From sequence record OZ353964.1: 32,000 nucleotides of DNA. The stretch is one strand, 5' to 3'. The notes under the pieces are model-generated. The model worked only from the letters and a program-made list of their open reading frames with translations. It had not been told where the DNA came from and did no database searches. Below are positions 23,042 to 32,000 of the stretch, piece after piece (position 1 is the first letter of the stretch; each line of letters starts with the position of its first letter). The translations under genes were made by a program, and so were the position numbers.

Positions 23042-23113
23042 TCTTCAGTAGCTCAGCGGTAGAGCGGATGGCTGTTAACCATCAGGTCGTTGGTTCAAGT
23101 CCAACCTGAGGAG
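23042..23113 (+). tRNA. trnN: tRNA-Asn (GUU)
   Basis: TCTTCAGTAGCTCAGCGGTAGAGC..CT-GTT-AA..GGTTCAAGTCC. Confidence 0.9.
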
Positions 23114-23243
23114 TGTTTATTATTGTAAACAAACAAAGCACTACTACAATCTATTTTAATTTAGGTTACGAATTTAGTTTTATTTATCAAGATGTGTGGT
23201 TCTCTATAATGAAAAGGGTTTATCATTAAGAAATATAAAAAAT

Positions 23244-23314
23244 GCGGGTATGGATTAATGGCAAATTATCTGCCTTCCAAGCAGAGGATATAGGTTCGAT
23301 TCCTGTTACCCGCA
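23244..23314 (+). tRNA. trnG: tRNA-Gly (UCC)
   Basis: GCGGGTATGGATTAATGGCAAAT..CT-TCC-AA..GGTTCGATTCC. Confidence 0.88.
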
Positions 23315-23316
23315 CA

Positions 23317-23398
23317 GCTCACTTGGTGAAATAGGTAAACACGGTAGACTTAAAATCTGCTCCCGTAAGGGTTATCGGTTCGAGTCCGATAGTGAGCA
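23317..23398 (+). tRNA. trnL: tRNA-Leu (UAA)
   Basis: 82-nt class II tRNA with anticodon loop CT-TAA-AA, a long variable arm (TCCCGTAAGGG) and the T arm GGTTCGAGTCC. Confidence 0.9.
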
Positions 23399-23415
23399 CT
23401 CCTTCAAAGAAAATT

Positions 23416-23488
23416 GTTTAGGTAGCTCAGTTGGTAGAGCAATGGACTGAAAATCCATGTGTCAGCGGTTCAAGTCCGCTCCTAGACA
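23416..23488 (+). tRNA. trnF: tRNA-Phe (GAA)
   Basis: GTTTAGGTAGCTCAGTTGGTAGAGC..CT-GAA-AA..GGTTCAAGTCC. Confidence 0.9.
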
Positions 23489-23524
23489 TCCTATTTAAAA
23501 TAATAAAAAAGAAAATTAATAATT

Positions 23525-23902
23525 ATGCCTACAACTAGACAATTAATTGAAAAGTCTGTTATTCGTCATAAAAAAAAATCTAGAATTGCATCACCGGCTC
23601 TTTTTCGTTCACCTCAAAAACAGGGTGTATGTTTGCGAGTTTACACAACAACTCCTAAAAAACCAAATTCTGCTATTCGTAAAATCGCTAAAGTTCGTTT
23701 AACTAATAAATCAGAAGTTATTGCTTATATTCCAGGAGAAGGTCATAATTTACAAGAGCATTCAGTAATATTAATTCGTGGAGGCCGTGTAAAGGATTTA
23801 CCTGGTGTAAAATATCACTTAATACGCGGTGTTTATGATTTGCAAGGTATTACTAAAAGAACACAAAGACGTTCGAAATATGGGTCAAAAAAGAAAAAAT
23901 AA
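23525..23902 (+). CDS. rps12: Ribosomal protein S12
   Basis: Reads MPTTRQLI...[19 protein letters not shown]...[26 protein letters not shown]. Confidence 0.95.
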   Translation: MPTTRQLIEKSVIRHKKKSRIASPALFRSPQKQGVCLRVYTTTPKKPNSAIRKIAKVRLTNKSEVIAYIPGEGHNLQEHSVILIRGGRVKDLPGVKYHLIRGVYDLQGITKRTQRRSKYGSKKKK

Positions 23903-23903
23903 T

Positions 23904-24257
23904 TTATAATTGTGTATTAAAATGAAAATTCATTTTTAAAGAAACTCCATACAATTTAGGCGATATTTTATGTTTTAATGCGTGAATTATATCCATAAGC
24001 TTTTTCTGTTCAGTAATTTCCCATGTTATAATATAGCGACAATTTACCATTTTAAACTGTTCACGAGATTTTTTATCAATATGTGGTGACCGGTTCACAG
24101 TAATTTTTTTAATATTGCGAGGTGCTTTAAACATACTTGTACATTGTATTTTATATAGTGTTGCTAAATTATTTAAAAGGTCTATTGCATTAATCAATAA
24201 AGTTAGATCGTAGCTATAAATTATAATTTTTAAAGAAATCGGGTTGTTGTTATTCAT
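23904..24257 (-). CDS. rps10: Ribosomal protein S10
   Basis: Contains LKIIIYSYD and the S10 signature VNRSPHIDKKSREQF. The start is set at the internal ATG (24257) because the longer ORF runs into trnT. The stop lies 1 nt from the rps12 stop (convergent genes). Confidence 0.8.
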   Translation of the reverse strand: MNNNNPISLKIIIYSYDLTLLINAIDLLNNLATLYKIQCTSMFKAPRNIKKITVNRSPHIDKKSREQFKMVNCRYIITWEITEQKKLMDIIHALKHKISPKLYGVSLKMNFHFNTQL

Positions 24258-24281
24258 CAATAATTTGCTTTTTTCGTTATT

Positions 24282-24354
24282 AGCCTCCGACCGGACTTGA
24301 ACCGAAGACCTCTCCCTTACCATGGGAGTGCTCTACCGACTGAGCTACAAAGGC
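24282..24354 (-). tRNA. trnT: tRNA-Thr (GGU)
   Basis: The reverse complement reads GCCTTTGTAGCTCAGTCGGTAGAGC..AT-GGT-AA..GGTTCAAGTCC. Confidence 0.88.
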
Positions 24355-24361
24355 AGGTATA

Positions 24362-24434
24362 TGGAGATAATCGGACTCGAACCGATGACTTCATGCTTGC
24401 AAAGCATGCGTTCTACCAACTGAACTATATCCCC
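24362..24434 (-). tRNA. trnA: tRNA-Ala (UGC)
   Basis: The reverse complement reads GGGGATATAGTTCAGTTGGTAGAAC..TT-TGC-AA. The G3:U70 identity pair is present. Confidence 0.9.
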
Positions 24435-24460
24435 TTTTTTTTTAGTATCTAAATATTTAT

Positions 24461-24548
24461 CGGAGGAAATGGGATTTGAACCCATGATACAAAAAAATTG
24501 TATGTTGATTTAGCAAACCAATGCCTTCAGCCACTCAGCCATTCCTCC
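24461..24548 (-). tRNA. trnS: tRNA-Ser (GCU)
   Basis: The reverse complement reads GGAGGAATGGCTGAGTGGCTGAAGGC..TT-GCT-AA. It is an 88-nt class II tRNA with a long variable arm. Confidence 0.88.
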
Positions 24549-24681
24549 ACAAAAAAATTGATAATAAAGTCTTCTTTTAAGGAAACCCCGGTATTTCATA
24601 TTTGAGATTAAGTAGAATAACCTAATACTAAAGCCTTTTAATGGCCTTTTTAGTATAAAAACGAAAAAGAATTTATCAATT

Positions 24682-25878
24682 ATGTCTATTGAACAACCTA
24701 TATCTGTATCAGAAATAAAAAATTTTACACTAAACTTTGGTCCACAGCATCCAGCTGCCCACGGGGTTTTAAGACTTGTCCTAGAAATGAATGGGGAAGT
24801 AGTTGAACGAGCAGATCCTCATATTGGGCTTTTGCATAGAGGTACTGAAAAATTAATTGAGTACAAAACCTATACTCAGGCATTACCTTATTTTGACCGA
24901 TTAGACTATGTATCAATGATGGGGCAAGAGCATGCTTATTCATTAGCTGTAGAAAAATTATTACGAACAGAAGTTCCTTTACGAGGGCAGTATATCCGAG
25001 TTTTATTTTGTGAATTAACAAGAATAATGAATCATTTATTAGCTCTAACTACCCATGCTATGGATGTAGGTGCATTAACCCCATTTTTATGGGCTTTCGA
25101 AGAGCGTGAAAAACTTTTTGAGTTTTATGAGCGCGTATCAGGTGCACGTATGCACGCTGCCTATGTACGGCCAGGTGGAGTAGCCCAAGACTTACCAATT
25201 GGATTAATGGAAGATATTCATCAATTTGCGCAGCAATTTTCTTCACGAATTGATGAGATGGAAGAAATGTTAACCAATAATAGAATTTGGAAGCAACGTC
25301 TAGTTGATATTGGTGTGGTTAGTGCCAAAGACGCATTAGATTGGTCATTTAGTGGCGCTATGCTTAGAGGATCTGGAGTTAATTGGGATTTAAGAAAATC
25401 CCAGCCTTACGATGTATATGATCAAATGGAATTTGATATTCCAGTTGGTACACAAGGAGACTGCTATGACCGATATCTATGTAGAGTAGAAGAAATGCGC
25501 CAAAGTTTACGAATTATTATTCAATGTTTAAATGAAATGCCTGCCGGTATGGTAAAGGCCGATGATCGTAAGATTACACCACCTTCTCGGACCCAAATGA
25601 AGCAGTCTATGGAATCATTAATCCATCACTTTAAGTTATATACAGAAGGTTATTCAGTACCAGCCTCTGAAACTTATACAGCCGTCGAAGCGCCTAAGGG
25701 CGAGTTCGGGGTATTTTTAGTAAGTAATGGCTCAAATAGACCTTACCGCTGCAAAATTCGTGCACCTGGATTTGCTCATTTAGGAGCACTAGACTTTATG
25801 TCTAAAGGGCACATGCTTGCTGATGTTGTGACTATTATTGGTACACAAGATATTGTATTTGGTGAAGTTGATCGTTAA
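24682..25878 (+). CDS. nad7: NADH dehydrogenase subunit 7 (49 kDa / NuoD)
   Basis: Contains [27 protein letters not shown] and the C-terminal GEVDR. Confidence 0.95.
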   Translation: MSIEQPISVSEIKNFTLNFGPQHPAAHGVLRLVLEMNGEVVERADPHIGLLHRGTEKLIEYKTYTQALPYFDRLDYVSMMGQEHAYSLAVEKLLRTEVPLRGQYIRVLFCELTRIMNHLLALTTHAMDVGALTPFLWAFEEREKLFEFYERVSGARMHAAYVRPGGVAQDLPIGLMEDIHQFAQQFSSRIDEMEEMLTNNRIWKQRLVDIGVVSAKDALDWSFSGAMLRGSGVNWDLRKSQPYDVYDQMEFDIPVGTQGDCYDRYLCRVEEMRQSLRIIIQCLNEMPAGMVKADDRKITPPSRTQMKQSMESLIHHFKLYTEGYSVPASETYTAVEAPKGEFGVFLVSNGSNRPYRCKIRAPGFAHLGALDFMSKGHMLADVVTIIGTQDIVFGEVDR

Positions 25879-25895
25879 TTTTAAATAAACTCTAA

Positions 25896-25927
25896 TTGGG
25901 CAATTTGTAAAAATACGAATTGTCCAA
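25896..25927 (+). terminator. Stem-loop downstream of nad7
   Basis: TTGGGCAATT (25896-25905) pairs with AATTGTCCAA (25918-25927), 10 bp including one G-T pair. Confidence 0.4.
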
Positions 25928-25940
25928 GTTAAAAATAAAG

Positions 25941-26011
25941 GGTTAGGTAACATAATGGTAATGTATTGGATTGCAAATCCTGTAATGACGGTTCAATTCC
26001 GTCCCTAACCT
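25941..26011 (+). tRNA. trnC: tRNA-Cys (GCA)
   Basis: GGTTAGGTAACATAATGGTAATGT..TT-GCA-AA..GGTTCAATTCC, with one mismatch in the anticodon stem. Confidence 0.8.
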
Positions 26012-26083
26012 AATTATAATAAATATCTAGAGGTTTTATTTAAAAAGATATAACCTATTTTTATTGTTCTTTTTTTAAATTGG

Positions 26084-26157
26084 GGCGAATAACGGGATTT
26101 GAACCCGTGTTTTCAGAGTCACAGTCTGACACTTTAACCAACTAAGTTATATCCGCC
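26084..26157 (-). tRNA. trnH: tRNA-His (GUG) with genome-encoded G-1
   Basis: The reverse complement reads G-GCGGATATAACTTAGTTGGTTAAAG..CT-GTG-AC..GGTTCAAATCCC. The extra 5' G sits opposite discriminator C. Confidence 0.88.
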
Positions 26158-26180
26158 ATTTTTTAGTTTATAGTAATATA

Positions 26181-26263
26181 TGGGAAAGGCAGGATTCGAA
26201 CCTACGTAGAATTATTTCAACAGATTTACAGTCTGCCGCCTTTAGCCACTCAGCCACTTTCCC
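26181..26263 (-). tRNA. trnY: tRNA-Tyr (GUA)
   Basis: The reverse complement reads GGGAAAGTGGCTGAGTGGCTAAAGGC..CT-GTA-AA. It is 83 nt with a long variable arm (bacterial/organellar type). Confidence 0.88.
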
Positions 26264-26284
26264 TTAAGTATTGAAAATTAATTA

Positions 26285-26725
26285 TTATTTACTATCTGCA
26301 TATAATTCAATTACTCCTAAAAATGCTAAAAAAAATAATGGAATAGCAGGACTATAAACCTCTTTGGTTAATTTAGACCAAATTTTACAGTCTAATGGGC
26401 TTAACCATTCTAATTCTCTAAATCCCCCAAGACAAGAAATTGATTTTAGTTTTTCACTAAAATTTAAAACGGAAGCTATAGAAATTTCATTACACGAAAC
26501 CATAAAAATAGGCCCTTGAAATGGTGGAATATCACTTCTTTTAAAAGATTTAGACCCAAAACTATTTTGAATTACAGTAATTTGCACGTCCTCCATACCT
26601 TGAAATAGTTGTTTAATTTTTATCCAATCAGATGAAGATAAATTTTGGTAAGAAAAGAAAATACAACTAGTATGCTGGTTTATTCGTTGCTTTAACTGGT
26701 AATTTTTGATTTTTAATTTATCCAT
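26285..26725 (-). CDS. rpl10: Probable ribosomal protein L10
   Basis: 146 aa. The pattern F.SYQNLSSSDW.KIKQL......VQITVIQNSF...F......FQGPIFMV resembles the bacterial L10 N-terminal domain (gl.v.e...LR..lr......l.V.KN.l...a.......l.Gp...). The assignment rests on this weak motif match only. Confidence 0.5.
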   Translation of the reverse strand: MDKLKIKNYQLKQRINQHTSCIFFSYQNLSSSDWIKIKQLFQGMEDVQITVIQNSFGSKSFKRSDIPPFQGPIFMVSCNEISIASVLNFSEKLKSISCLGGFRELEWLSPLDCKIWSKLTKEVYSPAIPLFFLAFLGVIELYADSK

Positions 26726-26837
26726 ATATTATCCTTTTTTTTCTTTAGGATAAACCACTATTTTTTTACATTAAATATTATAATAAAAAAGCTATAGAAA
26801 ACATTGTTTAAACGTAAATGAAAAAAAAGATGAAAAC

Positions 26838-27314
26838 ATGAATCCAAAAACCGAATTTGTTATATCTAAGGTAGACGATTTAATAAACTGGGCACGTACA
26901 GGATCATTATGGCCAATGACATTTGGTTTAGCTTGTTGTGCTGTAGAAATGATGCATACCGGAGCATCACGATACGATCTCGATCGATTTGGTATTATTT
27001 TCAGACCTAGTCCAAGACAATCGGATGTTATGATTGTTGCTGGGACTTTAACTAATAAAATGGCACCAGCTCTGCGTAAGGTCTACGACCAAATGCCAGA
27101 GCCTCGTTGGGTTATTTCCATGGGTAGTTGTGCAAATGGGGGAGGTTATTATCATTACTCCTATTCTGTTGTAAGAGGATGTGATAGAATTGTTCCTGTA
27201 GATATCTATGTACCGGGTTGTCCGCCAACTGCAGAGGCATTACTCTATGGAATTTTACAACTACAGAAAAAAATACGCCGTTCTAAAAATGCTCTAACTT
27301 GGGCAGCAGCCTAA
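26838..27314 (+). CDS. nad10: NADH dehydrogenase subunit 10 (PSST / NuoB)
   Basis: Contains [27 protein letters not shown] and VPGCPP, which carry the N2 Fe-S cluster ligands. Confidence 0.93.
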   Translation: MNPKTEFVISKVDDLINWARTGSLWPMTFGLACCAVEMMHTGASRYDLDRFGIIFRPSPRQSDVMIVAGTLTNKMAPALRKVYDQMPEPRWVISMGSCANGGGYYHYSYSVVRGCDRIVPVDIYVPGCPPTAEALLYGILQLQKKIRRSKNALTWAAA

Positions 27315-27336
27315 GCTAAAAAAGAAACATTACTTT

Positions 27337-27912
27337 ATGACTGGACACGAATCTTTTCTTCGTACTTTAATGCTAATAATTCCTAAATGGATAAAAAAAG
27401 CAAATCTACAAAATGATGAGATTATCTTGGTAATTTCACAAGAAGGTTTAATTCCTTGCTTAGAATTTTTAAAATATCATACTAATAGCCAATATAAGGT
27501 ATTAGTAGACGTTTGTGGTGTAGACTATCCTAATCGAGAAGAAAGATTTGAAGTTGTTTATTGCCTATTAAGTGTTGCTTATCGATCACGAATTGTAATT
27601 AAAGTTTGTGTCGATGAAACTACACCTATTGAATCTTCTGCTAGTATATACCCCTCTGCTATCTGGTTTGAAAGGGAAGTATGGGATATGTATGGAATTT
27701 TCTTCCTAAACCATCCGGATTTACGTCGTATCCTAACCGATTATGGGTTTGAAGGTCATCCAATGCGAAAAGATTTTCCACTAAGTGGTTATAATGAAGT
27801 TCGCTACGATGATACCGAAAAACGTGTTATTACTGAGCCAATACAAATGACTCAAGAATTTCGCTTCTTTCAATTTTCTAGTCCTTGGGAAACTTTAAAG
27901 CGTAAATCTTAA
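27337..27912 (+). CDS. nad9: NADH dehydrogenase subunit 9 (30 kDa / NuoC)
   Basis: Contains WFEREVWDMYGIFFLNHPDLRRILTDYGFEGHPMRKDFPLSGY. Confidence 0.95.
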   Translation: MTGHESFLRTLMLIIPKWIKKANLQNDEIILVISQEGLIPCLEFLKYHTNSQYKVLVDVCGVDYPNREERFEVVYCLLSVAYRSRIVIKVCVDETTPIESSASIYPSAIWFEREVWDMYGIFFLNHPDLRRILTDYGFEGHPMRKDFPLSGYNEVRYDDTEKRVITEPIQMTQEFRFFQFSSPWETLKRKS

Positions 27913-27955
27913 AAAATTAATGTTGTTGGGTTTTTTATGAAAAAATTGTTTTTTC

Positions 27956-29479
27956 ATGAGTTTATCCGCAGGAGAGTTATCACAACTATTAGAGAAACGT
28001 ATTAGCAATTATTATTCACCAATGGATATTAACGAAATTGGTCGTGTATTATCAGTAGGAGACGGTATTGCTCGTGTATATGGATTAAATAAAATCCAAG
28101 CTGGTGAAATGGTAGAATTCGCTAGTGGAGTTAGAGGAATGGCACTAAACTTAGAGTACGATAACGTAGGTATCGTAGTTTTTGGTAGTGACTATGCTAT
28201 TAAAGAAGGTGACGTAGTAAAGCGTACTGGGTCTATTGTGGATGTTCCGGTAGGAGCTGGATTATTAGGTCGTGTAGTAGATGCTTTAGGAAATGTCATT
28301 GACGGAAAAGGGAACCTTACAGATGTTACCCGTTCACGTGTAGAAGTAAAAGCACCTGGTATTATTCCTCGTAAATCAGTTCATGAGCCAATGCAAACCG
28401 GAATTAAAGCGGTAGATAGTTTAGTACCAATTGGTCGAGGGCAGCGTGAATTAATCATTGGTGACCGACAAACCGGTAAAACTGCTATCGCAATTGATAC
28501 AATTTTAAACCAAAAATCTATTAATTCAGGTAATGACGAGTCTGCTAAGCTATATTGTATTTATGTAGCTGTTGGTCAGAAACGATCAACCGTAGCACAA
28601 TTAGTAAAAGTTTTAGCTGAGAATGGTGCTTTAGAATATTCAATTATCGTAGCAGCAACTGCATCAGACCCTGCCCCTCTTCAGTTCTTAGCTCCTTATT
28701 CGGGATGTGCTATGGGTGAATATTTTCGTGATAATGGAATGCATGCATTAATGATTTATGATGACTTAAGTAAGCAATCGGTAGCTTATCGTCAAATGTC
28801 ACTTTTACTTCGCCGACCGCCAGGGCGTGAAGCATTCCCAGGTGACGTTTTCTTCCTTCATTCTCGTTTATTAGAGCGGGCTGCAAAAATGTCTGACGAA
28901 AGAGGAGCTGGATCATTAACAGCACTTCCTGTAATTGAAACACAAGCTGGAGACGTATCTGCATATATCCCTACTAACGTGATTTCTATTACTGATGGTC
29001 AAATTTTCTTAGAGACCGAATTATTTAACAAAGGTAATCGTCCTGCGATTAATGTAGGATTATCGGTAAGTCGGGTAGGATCGGCTGCTCAAGTTAAAGC
29101 TATGAAGCAAGTAGCTGGTACATTAAAGCTAGAATTAGCTCAGTATCGTGAAGTAGCAGCGTTCGCTCAGTTTGGATCAGACCTAGACGCGGCAACTCAG
29201 TACTTACTGAACCGAGGTGCTCGTTTAACTGAAGTATTAAAGCAAGGTTTATACAATCCAATCCCTGTAGAGCAACAAATTGTAATTATTTTTGGCGCAA
29301 CTCGAGGATTCCTAGACAAGCTAGCTGTTAACGATATTTCAGCATTTGAGCAAGCAGTACTAAAGGAAGTAGATCCCTCAATCTTAGAAGTTATTCGTAC
29401 TGAAAAGGCAATTTCTGAAGGTACAGAATCTAAGTTAAGAGCATTCTATGAAAAATTAGTATCTAGTTTTGTAAAGTAA
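27956..29479 (+). CDS. atp1: ATP synthase F1 subunit alpha
   Basis: Contains the Walker A motif [18 protein letters not shown], plus [29 protein letters not shown]. Confidence 0.96.
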   Translation: MSLSAGELSQLLEKRISNYYSPMDINEIGRVLSVGDGIARVYGLNKIQAGEMVEFASGVRGMALNLEYDNVGIVVFGSDYAIKEGDVVKRTGSIVDVPVGAGLLGRVVDALGNVIDGKGNLTDVTRSRVEVKAPGIIPRKSVHEPMQTGIKAVDSLVPIGRGQRELIIGDRQTGKTAIAIDTILNQKSINSGNDESAKLYCIYVAVGQKRSTVAQLVKVLAENGALEYSIIVAATASDPAPLQFLAPYSGCAMGEYFRDNGMHALMIYDDLSKQSVAYRQMSLLLRRPPGREAFPGDVFFLHSRLLERAAKMSDERGAGSLTALPVIETQAGDVSAYIPTNVISITDGQIFLETELFNKGNRPAINVGLSVSRVGSAAQVKAMKQVAGTLKLELAQYREVAAFAQFGSDLDAATQYLLNRGARLTEVLKQGLYNPIPVEQQIVIIFGATRGFLDKLAVNDISAFEQAVLKEVDPSILEVIRTEKAISEGTESKLRAFYEKLVSSFVK

Positions 29480-29495
29480 TTGATTAATATAAAAT

Positions 29496-29518
29496 TCCTG
29501 GCCTATAAATGGCCAGGA
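29496..29518 (+). terminator. Stem-loop 17 nt downstream of atp1
   Basis: TCCTGGCC tataaat GGCCAGGA, an 8-bp GC-rich stem. Confidence 0.45.
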
Positions 29519-29529
29519 GTATAGATTAG

Positions 29530-29602
29530 GGGTAATTAGCTCAGTTGGTAGAGCATCTCGCTTACAACGAGGAAGTCAGCGGTTCGAGCCCGTTATTACC
29601 TA
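29530..29602 (+). tRNA. trnV: tRNA-Val (UAC)
   Basis: GGGTAATTAGCTCAGTTGGTAGAGC..CT-TAC-AA..GGTTCGAGCCC. Confidence 0.88.
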
Positions 29603-29610
29603 GGTATTGG

Positions 29611-29684
29611 GGGGAAGTAGCTTAGTTGGTTAGAGTACTGGCCTGTCACGCCAGTGGTCGCGGGTTCGAGTCCCGTCTTTCCCG
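29611..29684 (+). tRNA. trnD: tRNA-Asp (GUC)
   Basis: GGGGAAGTAGCTTAGTTGGTTAGAGT..CT-GTC-AC..GGTTCGAGTCCC. Confidence 0.9.
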
Positions 29685-29721
29685 TTAAATTTCAAAAAAT
29701 AAAAAGAAAGGGTGTTAGTTT

Positions 29722-30075
29722 ATGTTAGAATTTGCTTCTATTTTAATTTACCTTATAATAAGTTTTATACTTGCTTTTATAATTTTAGGGTTATCATTTT
29801 TAGCCGCAGTGCAAAAACCAGATCCAGAAAAAGTATCTGCATATGAGTGCGGGTTTGATCCTTTTGAGGATGCACGGGGTCGTTTTGACATCCAATTTTA
29901 TTTAGTAGCAATTCTTTTTATTATTTTCGATTTAGAGGTTACTTTCCTATTCCCATGGGCAGTAACATTTAACCAACAAGGGTTTTTTGGCTTTTGGACT
30001 ATGATGGTGTTTCTAATAATTTTGACTATTGGATTTATCTACGAGTGGTTAAATGGCGCTCTTGATTGGCAATAA
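29722..30075 (+). CDS. nad3: NADH dehydrogenase subunit 3
   Basis: Contains [10 protein letters not shown] and [21 protein letters not shown]. It is uninterrupted. Confidence 0.93.
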   Translation: MLEFASILIYLIISFILAFIILGLSFLAAVQKPDPEKVSAYECGFDPFEDARGRFDIQFYLVAILFIIFDLEVTFLFPWAVTFNQQGFFGFWTMMVFLIILTIGFIYEWLNGALDWQ

Positions 30076-30138
30076 AAAAGTGTAGAATTTATATTATTGA
30101 ACTAAAAAAAACAACATATAAGTTTTTTTATCTATTTG

Positions 30139-30174
30139 GGGGCTTATTACCAAAATAACAAAAAAATAAGCCCC
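30139..30174 (+). terminator. Stem-loop downstream of nad3
   Basis: GGGGCTTATT (30139-30148) pairs with AATAAGCCCC (30165-30174), a 10-bp perfect stem. Confidence 0.45.
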
Positions 30175-30214
30175 TAAAAATAATAAATTACATATTACTT
30201 TAAATATATAATAT

Positions 30215-30484
30215 AGAAAATTGGGTATTCGTTCATTAGTGAAAGGAAAGTCCGGGCTCTTTTTAGGATAGTGCTGGATAATTCCCAGCGGGAAAAATCT
30301 CAGGGAAAGTATTGTAGCCGATGTAGTGAAAATATTATAATAAAGAAAGAACTTTTTATTATAAAGGAAACTCCCACTAAGAGCAAGATTAAGAATCGCT
30401 AAAATAGATGATAAATTATCTATTCAGATAAATGAATACACATTTATATTAGTAAATGACAAAACCCGGCTTATAGATTTTCTA
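30215..30484 (+). ncRNA. rnpB: Mitochondrial RNase P RNA
   Basis: CR-I is GAAAGGAAAGTCCGGGCTC (about 30241-30259; bacterial consensus GAGGAAAGTCCGGGCTC). CR-V is ACAAAACCCGGCTTAT (about 30459-30474; consensus ACAGAACCCGGCTTA). The termini pair as P1: TAGAAAAT (30215-30222) with ATTTTCTA (30477-30484). The interior is AT-rich and reduced. Confidence 0.85.
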
Positions 30485-30501
30485 GATTTATTGTTTATAT
30501 A

Positions 30502-30575
30502 GCATTCTTAGCTCAGTTGGATAGAGCAGTAGCCTTCTAAGCTGATGGTCACAGGTTCGATTCCTGTAGAGTGTA
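30502..30575 (+). tRNA. trnR: tRNA-Arg (UCU)
   Basis: GCATTCTTAGCTCAGTTGGATAGAGC..CT-TCT-AA..GGTTCGATTCC, with one mismatch at the top of the anticodon stem. Confidence 0.85.
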
Positions 30576-30597
30576 TGAAAGAGATCAAAGTATATAT

Positions 30598-30831
30598 ATG
30601 AGCAGATCATTATGGAAAGGGCCTTATGTGGATCCTAGTTGCCTAAATAAAAATATTAATAAAGTATGGTCTCGTCGGTCTGTAGTACTTCCGCAATGGG
30701 TAGGGAACACATTGGAAATTCATAATGGACGAAGTTTTCTTAAAGTATTGATTACAGAACAAATGATTGGGCACAAATTAGGCGAATTTGCATCTACTAG
30801 AAAGAAGGCAATACATAAACAAAAAAAATAA
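30598..30831 (+). CDS. rps19: Ribosomal protein S19
   Basis: Reads [12 protein letters not shown]...[26 protein letters not shown]. The start is set at ATG 30598 because the longer ORF overlaps trnR. Confidence 0.9.
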   Translation: MSRSLWKGPYVDPSCLNKNINKVWSRRSVVLPQWVGNTLEIHNGRSFLKVLITEQMIGHKLGEFASTRKKAIHKQKK

Positions 30832-30861
30832 AAATGTTAAACTAAAAGAAAAGCGATAATT

Positions 30862-31713
30862 ATGGGCCAAAAAGTAAATCCAATTTCTTTACGAATGGGT
30901 ATTTCAAGGTTTTATGATAATTCATGGTATCATTCTACTCATTATCCAGAAATGTTACATCAAGCATTGCAGTTTCAATCTTATATTAAGACAACCTGTA
31001 AGTCTTTATTATTTTCTTCAAGCCGTTATATAATTCAAAATTCACCAAAAAAAAGGGATATCTTCTTTTTTTATACCCCTCTAGAATCAAAAACTTTTAA
31101 TAATAATTTTATTAAAAAACCAATAGAAAATAATAATTTAAGTATATATAAAAATTATATTGGGCCATATGGTATTGCTAATACAGTTACGTACCGAACA
31201 CCAAGACACCTTATTCTATTATTTTTATTAATTTTAACTAAACATTCAAATAATTTCATTAATTCCCAAAATATACCCCAATCTATTGTGCAGTTATCGT
31301 CTAATGCTTCAAAATATTTATCAAAATCGGAACCAAAGTTAGTATTAGAAAGTTCAAATATGTTTGAAAAGGGTTTAAAAGAATCTATATCTATTTATCC
31401 TGTAAAATTACTCGATAGTTCCATGGGAGCTGGTTTTTTAGCCGATGAACTGGCCTTTTTTATTGAACGAAAAAAATCTTTTAAATTTGCTTCTAATCAG
31501 TTGATGAGAAAAATAAAAAAAAACCCATCAATTCGAGGAATAAAAATCAGCTGTTCTGGTAGAATAAATGGAGTAGAAATGGCCCGTACTGAATATAAAA
31601 AATATGGCCAAACATCACTGCAAACTATATCTACAAAAATTGATTATGGTACTAGTGAGGCAAAAACGGCGTATGGGATTATTGGTATAAAAGTTTGGGT
31701 ATGTTATCATTAG
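30862..31713 (+). CDS. rps3: Ribosomal protein S3 (with a long low-complexity central insertion)
   Basis: The N-terminus reads [13 protein letters not shown] and the C-terminus [19 protein letters not shown]...[10 protein letters not shown]. The middle is an Asn/Ile/Lys-rich insertion typical of mitochondrial rps3. Confidence 0.88.
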   Translation: MGQKVNPISLRMGISRFYDNSWYHSTHYPEMLHQALQFQSYIKTTCKSLLFSSSRYIIQNSPKKRDIFFFYTPLESKTFNNNFIKKPIENNNLSIYKNYIGPYGIANTVTYRTPRHLILLFLLILTKHSNNFINSQNIPQSIVQLSSNASKYLSKSEPKLVLESSNMFEKGLKESISIYPVKLLDSSMGAGFLADELAFFIERKKSFKFASNQLMRKIKKNPSIRGIKISCSGRINGVEMARTEYKKYGQTSLQTISTKIDYGTSEAKTAYGIIGIKVWVCYH

Positions 31714-31738
31714 ATTATAAAATAAAAAAGAAACTATT

Positions 31739-32000
31739 ATGTTAAGCCCAAAAAGAACAAAATTTAGGAAATTCCATAAAGGTCGTATTCATGGCATTAA
31801 GGGTAACCAAAAAACAATAACATTAGGTTCTTTTGGCATTCAAGCTATGAGTTCGGCTAGAATATCTTCGAGAATGTTAGAAGCAGCTCGAAGAGTAATG
31901 ACCCGTAAACTAAAACGTTCGGGGCAAATTTGGATTAAAGTATTTCCAGATATAGGTGTTAGTAGAAAACCTGCTGAAGTTCGAATGGGTAAAGGAAAAG
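31739..32000 (+). CDS. rpl16: Ribosomal protein L16 (3' end beyond the window)
   Basis: Reads [19 protein letters not shown]...[35 protein letters not shown]. Confidence 0.92.
   Translation, partial: MLSPKRTKFRKFHKGRIHGIKGNQKTITLGSFGIQAMSSARISSRMLEAARRVMTRKLKRSGQIWIKVFPDIGVSRKPAEVRMGKGK

Noticed and set aside
23900-23906. The convergent rps12 and rps10 stop codons are separated by a single nucleotide, hinting at overlap-based regulation.
   Set aside because: This is simply tight packing of convergent genes. There is no structure or shared sequence beyond the two TAA codons.
24258-24323. The N-terminal extension of the rps10 ORF (MVRERSSVQVRSE...). Similar extensions occur on cox3 (to 8052) and rps19 (from 30571).
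   Set aside because: The rps10 and rps19 extensions overlap tRNA genes (trnT and trnR-UCU), and rps19 would also start at a non-ATG codon. For cox3 the conserved protein begins at the internal Met. I preferred the internal ATG start in all three cases.
24725-25246. Two minus-strand ORFs of 98 aa and 62 aa.
   Set aside because: Both are antisense to nad7.
26081-26084. An apparent genome-encoded CCA tail after trnH (reverse complement ...TATTCGC-C-CCA).
   Set aside because: None of the other 19 tRNAs has an encoded CCA, so a 3-nt coincidence is the simplest reading.
28710-28964. An 84-aa minus-strand ORF.
   Set aside because: It is antisense to atp1.

Overview
This window is AT-rich, gene-dense organellar DNA. 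It is a large piece of a gene-rich, ancestral-type mitochondrial genome that uses the standard genetic code (Trp is TGG and trnW has anticodon CCA). It holds 25 recognisable protein genes: cox1-3, atp1/4/6/8, nad1-7, nad4L, nad9, nad10, rps2/3/7/10/12/19, rpl10 and rpl16. It also holds 20 tRNAs, the 5' part of rnl, rrn5, and a mitochondrial RNase P RNA gene (rnpB). The combination of rnpB, nad10, rrn5 and rpl10 resembles early-diverging green-algal (prasinophyte-like) or other gene-rich protist mtDNAs, but I cannot name the species from sequence alone. cox1 is split by one group II intron with a textbook domain V and a reverse-transcriptase/maturase/HNH ORF. Genes lie in strand blocks: 1-9823 is on the minus strand and 14877-23902 on the plus strand. 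The most unusual part is a 4.8-kb gene-poor island (about 10.1-14.9 kb) at that strand switch. It contains a 221-bp tandem array full of hairpins, a second ~231-bp repeat family whose copies bracket the array as direct repeats, two orphan ORFs (orf204, orf231), a decayed paralogue of orf204 interrupted only by two in-frame stops, and a duplicated atp8 5' end with its upstream region. There is also an rps7 fragment duplicate beside rps7, and a recurring pattern of unique stem-loops just downstream of protein genes. All coordinates come from manual reading. RNA ends and intron boundaries are good to a few nt at best, and no database search was possible.
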